The position numbers and the translations under genes were made by a program. A DNA stretch of 64,000 nucleotides from Octopus vulgaris (lineage: Eukaryota). The stretch is from NCBI GenBank assembly GCA_951406725.2, contig OX597839.1, forward strand, positions 33,294,001 to 33,358,000, given 5' to 3'. How positions within the stretch are numbered: the stretch's first letter is position 1; each line of letters opens with the position of its first letter. The notes under the pieces are model-generated. The model was given only the letters and a program-made list of their open reading frames with translations. It did no database searches and was not told the origin of the DNA. Of the stretch, positions 51,225 to 64,000 are shown one piece after another.

Positions 51225-51563
51225 ATTTGCCATCAAGATGTAGGACGAGATACTGTGATAGCCTGGGCTTCCGAGGCCCACAGCTCTTCAATATCCTCCC
51301 GAAGAACCTAAGAGACCTGCATGGGGTGGATGCAGATGCCTTTAAAATGAAACTAGATCTCTTCTTGTCAGGTGTCCCGGATGAACCAACTTCACGGCAG
51401 GAGGTGCAGATGAGGGCAACTGCATCGAACTCTCTCATGCACCAGATGGCATTTCCTAAAATGCATTCGTGAAGTAAAACCATGTAGCAACGCCAAATGG
51501 CGGTGCCCCAGCATGGCCACAGATTGTGAGCTGAAACTAAATAAAATAAAATAAAATAAAAAA
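51225..51563 (+). mobile_element. CR1/L2-group LINE 3' fragment (ORF2 end, 3' UTR and (TAAAA)n tail)
   Basis: SLGFRGPQLFNILPKNLRD...FKMKLDLFLSGVPDEP...RATASNSLMHQ; UTR GGCGGTGCCCCAGCATGGCCACAG. Confidence 0.8.
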
Positions 51564-52044
51564 AGACAAATATGGGACGTTTAGGACAAGCATAAGAAAA
51601 TGCTTTGGACAGACAAAGGGTTAAGATGGTGGAGAGAGAGTTAGCTACTATTGTTATTTCTAGCTTGCGAAGGCTCTGCCTCGGCTCATGCGTAGACACG
51701 GGTTTGTTGATCCCCAGGATAATTCGAGACTTGTGAAAGGAAAGCTTTATATTACTCGGAACGTACGAAACAAGGGCTAACTAAAAAGTCTGAAGACGTA
51801 TTTCCCTGGTGTCCTATTCAGCCATTTACATGTTAATTCAAGGGCGGGTAATTCAGTTAAGATCAAACAACCGAATTCCCCTCGTAAAACGATGAAGACT
51901 CACCACATCCACCACCACTGCCACCACCACCACCCACCACCACCACCAAACCACCATCATCACCACCACTACTACCATCACCACTATCACCAACACTACC
52001 TATTTTGAAGTAGTTGTAGTAGTAGAAGCAGCAGTTGTAGTAGA

Positions 52045-52076
<32 letters not shown>

Positions 52077-52080
52077 TAGT

Positions 52081-52157
<77 letters not shown>

Positions 52158-53435
52158 AGCATGTGTTGTAACAGCGCGTCACTGCATCCACCATTTGCTG
52201 GTGACTTCCTGCTACTCCTGGCGGATGACTCCTTTTGCACCACTCAGGCAACAGCTCTCCAATCCATGGGTCTGTTGGGTAGGTGTTACTGACGAGGGTG
52301 TTACGAGGTCGGAGTGCAAATCCAGTGCTGTGTGGCGACTGGCATATCACAGAATCGACACAAAGTTTCCTCTAGGTGCTGTAAAAGGCGACTAAATGTG
52401 GGATCATTTTGAAGTATAAAAAACCAAAGTTCGCTTAGACAGGATTTGAACACAGAACGTAAGGGACCGTAAAGAAATACCGCCAAAATACTTTAGTCCT
52501 TTTCTCCAATTCTATACCTATTCTATCAAAGCATAAGCTTTACAATTACTATTATATTAGAAGTCATCCAACGATTCCGTTCGTCTCATTAACAATTGTA
52601 TGTAGCATTTTTCTGATATACATTGTATGTAATGTGGTAATTAGAAAGTTTTTGAAAAGTGAATTAAGCGAAAGGTTTAAAGAAGGCAACTAAAGCACTG
52701 GGTATGCTTTCGAAAGTGTGGAAACCACATCGATTTGCAATTCATATAAAAATTAAACTACGTACGTCAAAAACGGAAGCCATGATATAATATTCGAATA
52801 ATAGCAATTGACTTCAGATTCGTCGGAAATAAAAGTGTTGCGAAGTGGCTGGGGGAATCAAAAGGAAATAGCTTTGTGAAGAATGAAGTACTTCGAGACA
52901 TGGCGAAAGTAATGGGATTTAGATGGAGAACTAATGAAGAATGTTTTGATAGAATTCGTTAGGAAACGTGATTCAGTTCCATCATGAAAATTGGCAAATA
53001 TATCTAGAAGGAAAATGGTTATATGGTGTTTATATCCTTGTATGTTGGATGTATAATATAAAGAAGCAAGGGGGAAGAAAGTATTTCCACGACGCATTCA
53101 CTATTACTATTACACGGGACTTGATGCTCTCAAACACGGCTCACGGTGAACTGCTACCAATCAGAACTCCCAATCGCTCACAGGTCTTTAATTTATAACA
53201 ATGAATCAGTCCACCTTTAGTCACTTAGCAACACAGTGGAATATAAGAGGAAGAGGAGAAAGGGGAAAGAAGCAGAAGGAAGGAAGGAAGACGAAAAAGA
53301 GGAGGAGGAGGAGAAGGAGAAGGACAATGGGAAATATAAGGAAAGGAGGAAAAGAAAAAAACGAAATGATGATGAAGAAAACGAAGGATGATGATGATGA
53401 TGATGATGTTGATGATGATGATGACGACGATAATG

Positions 53436-53976
<541 letters not shown>

Positions 53977-54259
53977 TAATAATGATAATAATAATAATTA
54001 TAATAATAATAACAATAACAATAATAATAATAATAATAATAACAATAACAACAATAACAACAATAACAACAACAACAACAATAACAATAATAATAATAAT
54101 AATAATTTCATTTATTTGCTACAAGGCCGAAAGATGAGCAGGACAATACAAACACAGATATAAAGTGTGGGGGTTTACATATAATGAAGTGATAAAAAGA
54201 AAGGAAAGAAAGAAAGTATACACGATATACGTAGGAAAAGAAGGGACAATAGGGGAAAG

Positions 54260-54690
54260 GTATCTGTCAAGACCTACCAAAAACTGAGCAAGTATAAAGA
54301 TCTTGAAATGGAGATTGGCAAAATGTGAAACCTCAAGACTAAAACAATACTTGTTGTCATAGGTGCCCTGGGAATGATATCAAAAGGGGCTGGTTGCTAC
54401 CTAGCTCAGATACTAGAAAACCCCCAAAATGGCAGAAATTCAAAATATAATGTTCATGGGAACTGCTCATATCCTACGCAAAATACTTTCTATGTAATCT
54501 CAAATTTTAAAACGAACTCATAATTTTCTTAAGTTTTCTTAAAACATTCTCTAGAACAACACTATGTACAAAACCAAATATATGGCATCCTAGGCATAAC
54601 ACCAACATGAACTTCCAACTTGTTGTCTCTTGAGGTCTCTGGGTGAGACTTGGAGTCAACTTGTACAAATACAAAGCAAAAGTCAGACAT
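54260..54690 (+). mobile_element. Second, distinct R4/Dong-like 3' fragment
   Basis: SVKTYQKLSKYKDLEMEIGKM*NLKTKTILVVIGALGMI...GTAHILRKILSM*; (TAA)n tail. Confidence 0.85.
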
Positions 54691-54752
54691 ATAATAATAA
54701 TGATAATAATAATAATAATAATGATAATAATAATAATAATAATAATAATAAT

Positions 54753-55264
54753 CTTAACTGATTGGCGGTGTTATCATGTACATTGTTTTGTTTTGGTATA
54801 AAAGATGGGCTACAGCAAATATTCTGCTCAATACCACAGATTTGCTTGTCAGTTGTTTGACATTAACCAGTTGAGCATGTCCCTTAGTGGCTGACGATAT
54901 GTGCATCTCTGATTATGAGCAGAAGTAGTGGGGGAGCATCATAGCCATGTGTTGAGAGGGATTCTTTGGGGTTTGAATAATTCACCTCTGGAAACATGGG
55001 TGGTTCTTTCAACATCCTTAAACAACCCTTATTCAGGGACCTTTTGAGCGGGATGGGCTACTCACCCTGAAGAAAATTCTAACTGGACCCCACCTGCAAG
55101 GTCATGTGCTGTTTATCTTGATATGAGATCACCATGTCGCGCACATATGGTTCTGATGCATGTGCCTGGTGTACCCTTATCAGACGGGTAGTCATGATGG
55201 GTATATTGGGCTTCGTATATTTTACCCCAGTGTCACTTTGATGGCATGAATTGCTCTCTCACTC

Positions 55265-55265
<1 letters not shown>
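54753..55265 (+). mobile_element. Probable non-coding (TAA)n-targeted retroelement segment
   Basis: ~510 bp of mixed-composition sequence bounded exactly by (TAA)n on both sides; no ORF in the track. Confidence 0.4.
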
Positions 55266-55316
<51 letters not shown>

Positions 55317-56691
55317 GTGGTGGTGGTGATGATGATGATGATGATGATGATAACACTCAAGTAGTCAATAACAATACTGTGTGAAACCGGAGATCACGGC
55401 TGGCTGGAGAATAGAGAAGGATGGCGGGAGTCTGCGAGGAATAGATTGGCGTCAAACAGCGTCGGAGACAATGATCTTAATGGCGTGTATATGTGTCTGT
55501 GTATTAGTGTGTGTGATTGTGTGTGTGTGTGTATGTGTCTGTGTATTAGTGTGTGTGATTGTGTGTGTGTGTGTGTAGGTATTAACAAGCTATTTTAAGC
55601 GGATATCAAGCAATTTATGTCGTTTTTGCTCCACTTTTAGATAAGCTTTATTGATTGCACGGAAAAACTATTTTTTTTCAAATATTTAACCAAGGAGAAC
55701 GACAACGACAGAAACCGATTCACCACCACCACCACCATCATCATCATCACCACCACCATTCTCCTCCTCCTCCTCCTCATCCTCATCATCACCACTGTCG
55801 TTGCTGTCGGTGCTGTCCTCCCCCTCCTCCTTCTCCTCCTCCTCATCATCACCAGCATCATCACCACCACCACCACCACCATTATCATCATTATCATCAT
55901 CACTGTCATCATCATCGTATTCACCATCATCATCATCATCATCACCACCACCACCACCACCACCACACCATCATCATCACCATCATCATCAACAGCAACA
56001 ACAACAGAAACGGGAACAATAACAATGACGACGACGACGATGACGACGACATCCAGAGCCAAACATGAAACAGCGATGCATAAACCATGAGCTGTTGTTG
56101 TGCAACCATCTTTAATTTTCGTAATCCGATTGATCTCTTATCGATATCAGCCAACATCCGATCAAACATCGTACGAAGTATCAATTAAAAAAATCACACA
56201 AAAAAACCCCCAGAACCCCCCCCCCCCCCGAAAAACGATTGCACACTAACTGAATTCATAATGGCGACGGCCTACCGTATCGTCTGGTTTATTGATAAAG
56301 AGAAGACAGTGGTAAGTCCGTCTCCCCTTACGTCCGCCAAAAGGTTAATGGAGGGCGGCGAGTGTCAATGTCTTGGACGATATTCTGCCATTGGCGAAGG
56401 ATACTTGGAATAGTCTTTTATTCCTGTTTCTTTGTTATACTTTCGTCTTTTCTGTCTCGTTTTTACATTTGACAGACACGCCATATTTTTGTGCTGTGAA
56501 TTATGGATGTTGCGTCGTGCCGGTGTTGCTGTCTTTGAAAGTTGATACGCACGTCGTCCGGTCATTGCTCCCCACGGGAATATTGTAGCCATTCGATGTT
56601 GCAGCGTCGGTCAGTTCTTAAAGTAATACGAAGAATGAATAAAACTGCTTCAAGATTCCATAGAAAGGAAATAATATCAGATCAGAATAAA

Positions 56692-56741
<50 letters not shown>

Positions 56742-56805
56742 CATATATATATATATATATATAAATTTTGAATAATCCGTAACAAGATAATTCATTTATC
56801 CATTT

Positions 56806-56889
<84 letters not shown>

Positions 56890-57310
56890 ATACGGGAAAA
56901 CAAAACACTACATGTATTATTATATAGGGCTACATGATATATAAATGACGGTTTCTTTCACGATCCATCAGCCAGATTCACTCACGAGGCATTGGTCTGT
57001 CCGAGGTGGTAGTTGAAGACACGTGGGTAAAATATCGTGCAGTGGGACTGAAACCGGAACCGTGTGGTCGCAAAAACGAGCTCCTTAAACCACACGACCA
57101 TGCGTGGGAATTTCGAAAGCTTCCTCCAAGCATACATTCAGGATTCTTGCTTTGGTCTTAAGTCTCTCGCCTGAACAAGTCTTAGAGACACAAAGTTTCG
57201 TCTGTCTTTTACGGAAAATGTTTTTGTCGAGGATTATGGGTAATTCTTCGTGAAATCCTCTGTCTTGTCTGTGCAATCAATGAACGTTTCCAGCTGGGAT
57301 AAAGTCTTCA

Positions 57311-57335
57311 GACATGGCGGTGCCATCTAGCGGAC
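57311..57335 (-). promoter_or_regulatory. CTCF-like motif with overlapping YY1-like core
   Basis: Minus strand TCCGCTAGATGGCACCGC fits the CTCF consensus CC(A/G)C(C/T)AG(A/G)(G/T)GGC; plus strand ACATGGCGG is YY1-like. Confidence 0.45.
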
Positions 57336-57452
57336 GCGATGCAAAAAAAAAATGTAGTTATAAATAAATAAATAAATAAATAAACAAATAAATTAAATGA
57401 TCGAAAAGACAGGAAATAAGAGAACAATTTCAGAGTTAGTAATTTCCAGTTT

Positions 57453-57847
57453 GCTCCTCCTCCTCCTCCTCCTCCTCCTCCTCGTCATCTTCATCATAAC
57501 CCTCGCCACCGCTGTTATGAACATCACCACCACCGCCGCCACCACCACCGCCGCCACCACCACCACCATCATCCACCACCACCACCACCACCACCACCAC
57601 CACCACCACCAGCGCCGCCGCCGCCGCCACCACTACCACCACCACCGCCGCCGCCACCACCACCACCACCATCATCACCACCACAAACACCAACACCACC
57701 ACCACCATGACAAACACCACCACCATGACCAACACCACCACCACAACCACCGCCGCCGCCGCCACCACCACCATAGACGTCGTCGTCGTCGCCGTCGTCT
57801 TCATCATTATCACCACCACCACCATCAGCACCACTACCAACGTAATC

Positions 57848-57878
<31 letters not shown>

Positions 57879-58150
57879 GTAGCAGCAGCAACTGTATCGT
57901 CATCACCATTATCACCATCATCAGTTGCACCACCACCACCACCACCACCACCACCACACCACCACCACCACCACCACCACCACCACCACCACCACCATCA
58001 CCACCACCACCACTACCATCACCACCACCACCACCACCACCACCACCACCACCACCACCATTATCATCGTTCTTTTCGTCGTCATCGTCGTCGTCGTCGT
58101 AGTCATCATCATCATCATCATCATCATCTTCATCATCACCGCCACCACCA
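57453..58150. repeat. Compound (CAC)n/(CAT)n/(CGC)n tract
   Basis: Visible directly; a similar tract lies at 55720-56050. Confidence 0.9.
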
Positions 58151-58514
58151 CACTCATCCAAATAAGCTAATATTGGACCAGTATTCTCCATTGCACGATT
58201 CAACGATCGATTATATTGATAGAAAAATACGGAGAAGTCAATAATGGACGGCGCTGAAGTGAGACCAAAACACCATTTCCATTCCGTAATAACAACATTT
58301 CCTTTACGTAATCTCTTCTACAACAAAATGCATTCAAATTGTCATTGTTGGACGGTTTTTTTTTACAAATTTTATTGGCGTAAAAATTATACAAATCTAT
58401 CTTTACACAGAAATAGTTCCGTACGTTCACACACAGACACACGGGCACACACACAGACATAGATATGTATGTGTTCATGTACACATATGTAGACATATCT
58501 GCATACATATACAT

Positions 58515-58603
<89 letters not shown>

Positions 58604-58972
58604 CATATAAATGTGTATATACATATATACATTTATACACATACATACATACATATAAATATGTATCTATGTGTGTGTGTGTGTGTATGTCTGTGTGTAT
58701 GCGTTCATATTCAGGTATGCACACATATCTGCATATATATGCATACATGTATGTATGTATGTATGTATGTATGTATGTATGTATGTATGTATGTATGTAT
58801 GTATGCATGTGCATGTGTGTGTATGTGTGTGTGTCTCTATGTGCGTTTATATACATATATACACATGTATACATACATATATGTATGTATGTATATGTGT
58901 ATATGTGTATATTTGTGCTCATATACACATATGTACACATATCTGCATACATATACATACATATATATGTGC

Positions 58973-59016
<44 letters not shown>

Positions 59017-59184
59017 ACATATATTTATACACATATATACATGTAAATATATGTGTGTGTGAGTGTAAGTATGCTAATGTTCGTTTTTACACCAAATTAT
59101 ATATAAAAGCAATTTAGCAGAAATAAATTTTTGGTAGAAATTTTATCTATTATAATCCTACAAGAGGTGTGAGTATAAAATAAA

Positions 59185-59247
<63 letters not shown>

Positions 59248-59256
59248 CGTAAATAT

Positions 59257-59445
59257 AGTTGGAATTTATAGAAAAACAAAAGACAAAGACAGGTGTATGA
59301 GCAACAAGCAAGTGTATTAGTTTGATGCTTGGGAAAAATGAAGTTTTTAAGGTTTCGCGCTTACGCTCTTCAACAGAAAGGAATAAGAGAAAATAAATAG
59401 AGAGAGAATGAAAAAAAAACAAACTTGTAGATTTCTGCGGTCCAG
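59257..59445 (-). mobile_element. Penelope-like fragment, family P2
   Basis: Matches 8559-8720. Confidence 0.6.
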
Positions 59446-59459
59446 CATATGTGTGTGTA

Positions 59460-59542
<83 letters not shown>

Positions 59543-59545
59543 ACG

Positions 59546-59855
59546 CCGACCAATGCCTTGTGGGTGGATTTGGAAACTGAAAGAAGCCTGTCGTATATAT
59601 GTATATATATATATGTATGTATGTGTGTGTGTGTTTGTGTGTCTGTGTTTGTTCCCCTAGCATTGCTTGACAACCGATGCTAGCGTGTGTTTACGTCCCC
59701 GTCACTTAGCGGTTCGGCAAAAAGAGACCGATAGAATAAGTACTGGGCTTACAAAAAGAATAAGTCCCGGGGTCGAGTTGCTCGACTAAAGGCGGTGCTC
59801 CAGCATGGTCGCAGTCAAATGACTGAAACAAGTAAAAGAGTAAAAGAGTAAAGAG
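59546..59855 (+). mobile_element. SINE-B, 5' truncated
   Basis: Tail (GAGTAAA)n present. Confidence 0.85.
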
Positions 59856-59888
<33 letters not shown>

Positions 59889-59927
59889 ATATATATATAC
59901 CTACATATATATATATATATATATACC

Positions 59928-60004
<77 letters not shown>

Positions 60005-60005
60005 A

Positions 60006-60103
<98 letters not shown>

Positions 60104-60304
60104 CATAAGAAGAAAAAGAAAATGGAAAGGAGAAAAAATAATGGAAAAATGAATTTTTAACTGGATTAAGAAGAGAAATATTGCAAAAGAAAAAAATCGC
60201 TTGGAAAAGATGCGAGAAGGAAGGAAAAGTAGAGAGAAAAAAGAAAAAGCAATGAAGCAGACGACAACGAGGACGACGACAGCGCTGCTGCTGCTACTAC
60301 TGCC

Positions 60305-60350
<46 letters not shown>

Positions 60351-60679
60351 CTGCTGCTGCTGCTAATGCTGATGATGATTGAATGCATTAAAGAAATGAA
60401 AAGCCTTCAAAACTGAGAGAAAGAAGGCCATTGAAAAGTGTTAAAAGATGGAGTTTAAACGGAAATTGCCGCCAGTTAAAACTGCATCATTTAAGTTTCA
60501 CATTGAAAACCGGAAACAATACGCGAGAGAAGCTTTCACGAGGAATTTATTTTCTCTGCTGGTTGCACTTCAAATGATGCAATGTGTAACAACAGGTGGT
60601 GCACTCTTGCAATTTTAAAAGAGCCTGCTGGTGGGGAAACTCAGTATGGGTCACCGAACACACATACACACACACTATC

Positions 60680-60744
<65 letters not shown>

Positions 60745-61014
60745 ATATATATATATATATATACCTATTTACTTCTGTATCTGTGTACGTATATATTTGT
60801 GTAAAGATACATAGGTAGACAGACAGACAGAGATACAGATTGATAGAAATATATACGTATATGCACATATCTACAAAAACAAATATATGTATGCCTACAC
60901 ACACACACACATGTATATACGTACACGCATATTTATAACTATGCTTATATCTCTATGAGTATATATATATATGTATATATATATGTATGTATATATACAT
61001 GTATGTATGTATAC

Positions 61015-61057
<43 letters not shown>

Positions 61058-61086
61058 ATATACATAAATGTATAAATGCACGTATG

Positions 61087-61123
<37 letters not shown>

Positions 61124-61401
61124 ATATAATCTTTTTATATTAAGGGCATTACTATACATAAATGCCTCACGCTAGGAGGAACTCTTAAAGTAAAAAATAC
61201 CAATGCCCTTAATATAAATTAATATTTTTAAAGGGAATAATTAATCATTTTTCTCTTATGAGATTTTTCATGCTGACTACTTGATAAATTCTCATAAAGA
61301 TTTTATCCTATTTTAAAATTATATATATATATATTATATAGATATATAGATAGATACATATGTATGTATCTCTCTCTTTCTATATATATATATATATATA
61401 T

Positions 61402-61550
61402 AGCAAAAACTGTCCGATGAACGGCAACGGGAAACTCAGAGTAACAGGTTTTGTTGAATTTTCTGCTGCTTTAAATAAAGCATATTACTCTACCACTGGT
61501 ATTTGAGTACTCTTTTTTCCACCTTGTTTCACATTTATGTGTTTACTCCG

Positions 61551-61553
<3 letters not shown>
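61402..61553 (+). mobile_element. Penelope-like terminus in (TA)n with hammerhead motif (61410-61447)
   Basis: CTGT-CCGATGA-ACG-GCAA-CGG-GAAACTCAGAGTA-ACAG, then AATAAA; the 3' end is also found at 40895-40950. Confidence 0.6.
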
Positions 61554-61592
<39 letters not shown>

Positions 61593-62070
61593 GGGGGACT
61601 GAGAGAGAGAGGAAGGAAGAAGAAGGAGAGAAAGGAGGGAGAGACAGAAACACTCAGACACAGCACAAGGCGTGTGCGCGCACACACACAGACACAAATG
61701 AACTGATTCTGCTGATATTAACAACAGCGTATGTTGTAGTTCGAAAGATTGTGAATGTACCGCAGGTCGATAGTGAAATGTTGTGCTGTGTCAAGTTCGT
61801 TATATACTAGCAGTGCAGTTATATCACCTTGTAATATGTTATGTCAACACACGTGTATTAACATAACTTATACATATATATACATATACATATATATATA
61901 TTCCAGCAAACATTGGTGCTTTGTCGTACCACCATATATATATATATTCTATGTCTTTGTGCAGCTGAAGATTGCTTTACATTTTAAATTGATGTAATGA
62001 TTGCATTGTTCAACTAAATGGAGTTGCACGAAACGATCGTACCTCGGGATATCCTTGTTGCTTATTTTGA

Positions 62071-62136
<66 letters not shown>

Positions 62137-62433
62137 CACCGTGACCGATCAGGCTATCAGATGTTGCTACACATCGCTGGTCGCAATGCGCTTCGCATTG
62201 TTTTAGCCTTCAAATGACGCCACCCCGCTGGCTAAGCGAGCAGGCCAACAGAAGAAAGAGTGAGAGAAAGTTGCTGCGAAAGAGTACGGCAGGGATCGCC
62301 CCCCCCCTGTCGGAGCCTCGTGGAGCTTTAGGTGTTTTCGCTCAATAAACACACTCACAACGCCCGGTCTGGGAATCGAAATCGCGATCCTCCGATCGCG
62401 AGTCCGCTGCCTAACCACTGGGCCATTGCGCCT

Positions 62434-62436
<3 letters not shown>
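62137..62436 (-). mobile_element. SINE-A with alternative tail, full length
   Basis: A head plus the tail also seen at 31600-31680. Confidence 0.85.
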
Positions 62437-62498
<62 letters not shown>

Positions 62499-62500
62499 TT

Positions 62501-62548
<48 letters not shown>

Positions 62549-62853
62549 AAGATAGATATATGTATATATATATAAAATTAAAATCCAGAAAATGGAGAAG
62601 TAGCATTAATATAATTAATTTATTGCAAAAATTCAACATGTTTACTTACAGCTGTTTCGATTTTGGGGCCAAAAATTAAATTTCAGTAATTAAACCTTTT
62701 ATTGGTCAGAGGAGTAAAGAAAGGCACATTGTTAGGTTATTATATGTTAGTCTTCCAAAACATCTCGACAAAATAATAGGTAACAAACCAGTAAGTCACT
62801 TTTTACTATCCCTTAAGGCGATCTTTTTAACCTCTCTCTCTCTCTCTCTCCCT

Positions 62854-62919
<66 letters not shown>

Positions 62920-63083
62920 GATGGGCTTCCACACAGTTTCCGCCTGCAAATCACTCTGCAATAGAGGAAGACACCTGAGCTACCGTACAGTAGGATTGAA
63001 CTCAAAACCGCGCGGTTTCGTAACCATACAGCCATGCTCACATCCAATTTATTCTCCTCATGAAGTGTTCCACGAATTTGTAC

Positions 63084-63492
63084 GTCCACATTCACACATA
63101 CATAAATATATACACACACATACACACACAATATACACACTACAAAACACACAATACACACGCAAATACACACACAATACACACACACATAACACACATA
63201 CATACATACAATACACACACATATACACACAAAACACACACATGCATACACACAATACACACACATATACACACAAAACACACACAATACACACATACAC
63301 ACATACAATACACACATACGCACACATATACACATAAAACACACACAATGCACACATACACACATATATATACACACACATAGACACACAATACACACAC
63401 ATACACACACATATACAAACACATACCCACACTCAATACACACACATATACACACACGTACACAAACAATATACACGCGCGCCGCGCACACA
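63084..63492. repeat. Degenerate (CA)n/(CACAATA)n tract
   Basis: Visible directly. Confidence 0.9.
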
Positions 63493-63941
63493 ATTACGAA
63501 CGTAAAAAAAAATGGCTACTTCCAATATAAACCGCAAACCGTAAGTACTTTTAATGTCCAACAGATTGTTATAGAAAAGGTGAAAGAAATTTTACAGAAA
63601 GCTTCTGTAGCAAATGTCGAACACGTTATGAGTATCCTATCACAGACAAAATTCTTTAGGCAACATTTATTGAAGCTCTAAAAGTTTTTAACGAAGGTCG
63701 ACCTGGTCAGCTTATTGTATATTATTGCAGATTATTGAAGGAAATGATACGGGCTTGTGGCAACAATTCACAAATTACTAACTTTTGCCCAGTTATTACT
63801 GACATTTGGATAGTAAATGGAAAGTTGTTTAAACGACCGTAATCGCTAACCTTTGAATCGTTTATGCTTTCTGGTTGGATACACCATTTAGTCAATAATA
63901 TTGTTAAAAATGTCTTAAATAAAGTATCTGTTGTAACAGAG

Positions 63942-63974
63942 CAGCGCTTCTTAAAACTATGGGTCGCGACCCAT
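63942..63974 (+). mobile_element. hAT/Charlie-like terminus fragment
   Basis: CAGCGCTTCTTAAAACTATGGGTCGCGACCCA resembles hAT-Charlie ends; a similar CAGCGGTTCTC occurs at 49382. Confidence 0.35.
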
Positions 63975-64000
63975 ATATATATATATATATATATATATCA

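Noticed and set aside
52000-52395. GC-richer stretch with 66-116 aa ORFs
   Set aside because: No recognisable domain or splice signals, and the longer ORF owes its length to flanking microsatellite.
55650-58200. ATTGCAC words (miR-92 seed) at ~55654, ~56238 and ~58190
   Set aside because: No hairpin and no match to the mature miRNA beyond the seed.
63512-63680. ATG...ACC|GTAAGT and a short helical-looking ORF
   Set aside because: Too short and unsupported; it could arise by chance.

Overview
AT-rich, repeat-saturated animal genomic DNA, most likely intronic or intergenic. The SINE families, dense (TA)n/(CA)n/(TAA)n/(GATA)n tracts and LINE types look like an octopus (coleoid cephalopod) genome; this is an inference from recognition, not a search. 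Almost every ORF in the supplied track is a microsatellite or SINE translation artefact, and no intact host gene is recognisable. The window contains three tRNA-headed SINE families (called A, B and C here) with interchangeable 3' tails, and tandem SINE-C arrays that share one junction. It also holds 3' fragments of CR1-group and R4/Dong (RLE) LINEs, many Penelope-like terminal fragments in (TA)n with minimal or variant hammerhead-ribozyme motifs and inverted structure, two Helitron copies, three Merlin-type MITEs with 8-bp TSDs (one nested), and mariner/piggyBac/hAT remnants. The most unusual structure not explained by a transposon is a ~400-bp-arm imperfect inverted repeat (23827-24974). It encloses a candidate 40-nt exon that is in phase with a candidate terminal exon at 28298-28440, and may be an ADAR editing or splicing-control duplex. 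All alignments and coordinates were done by eye.
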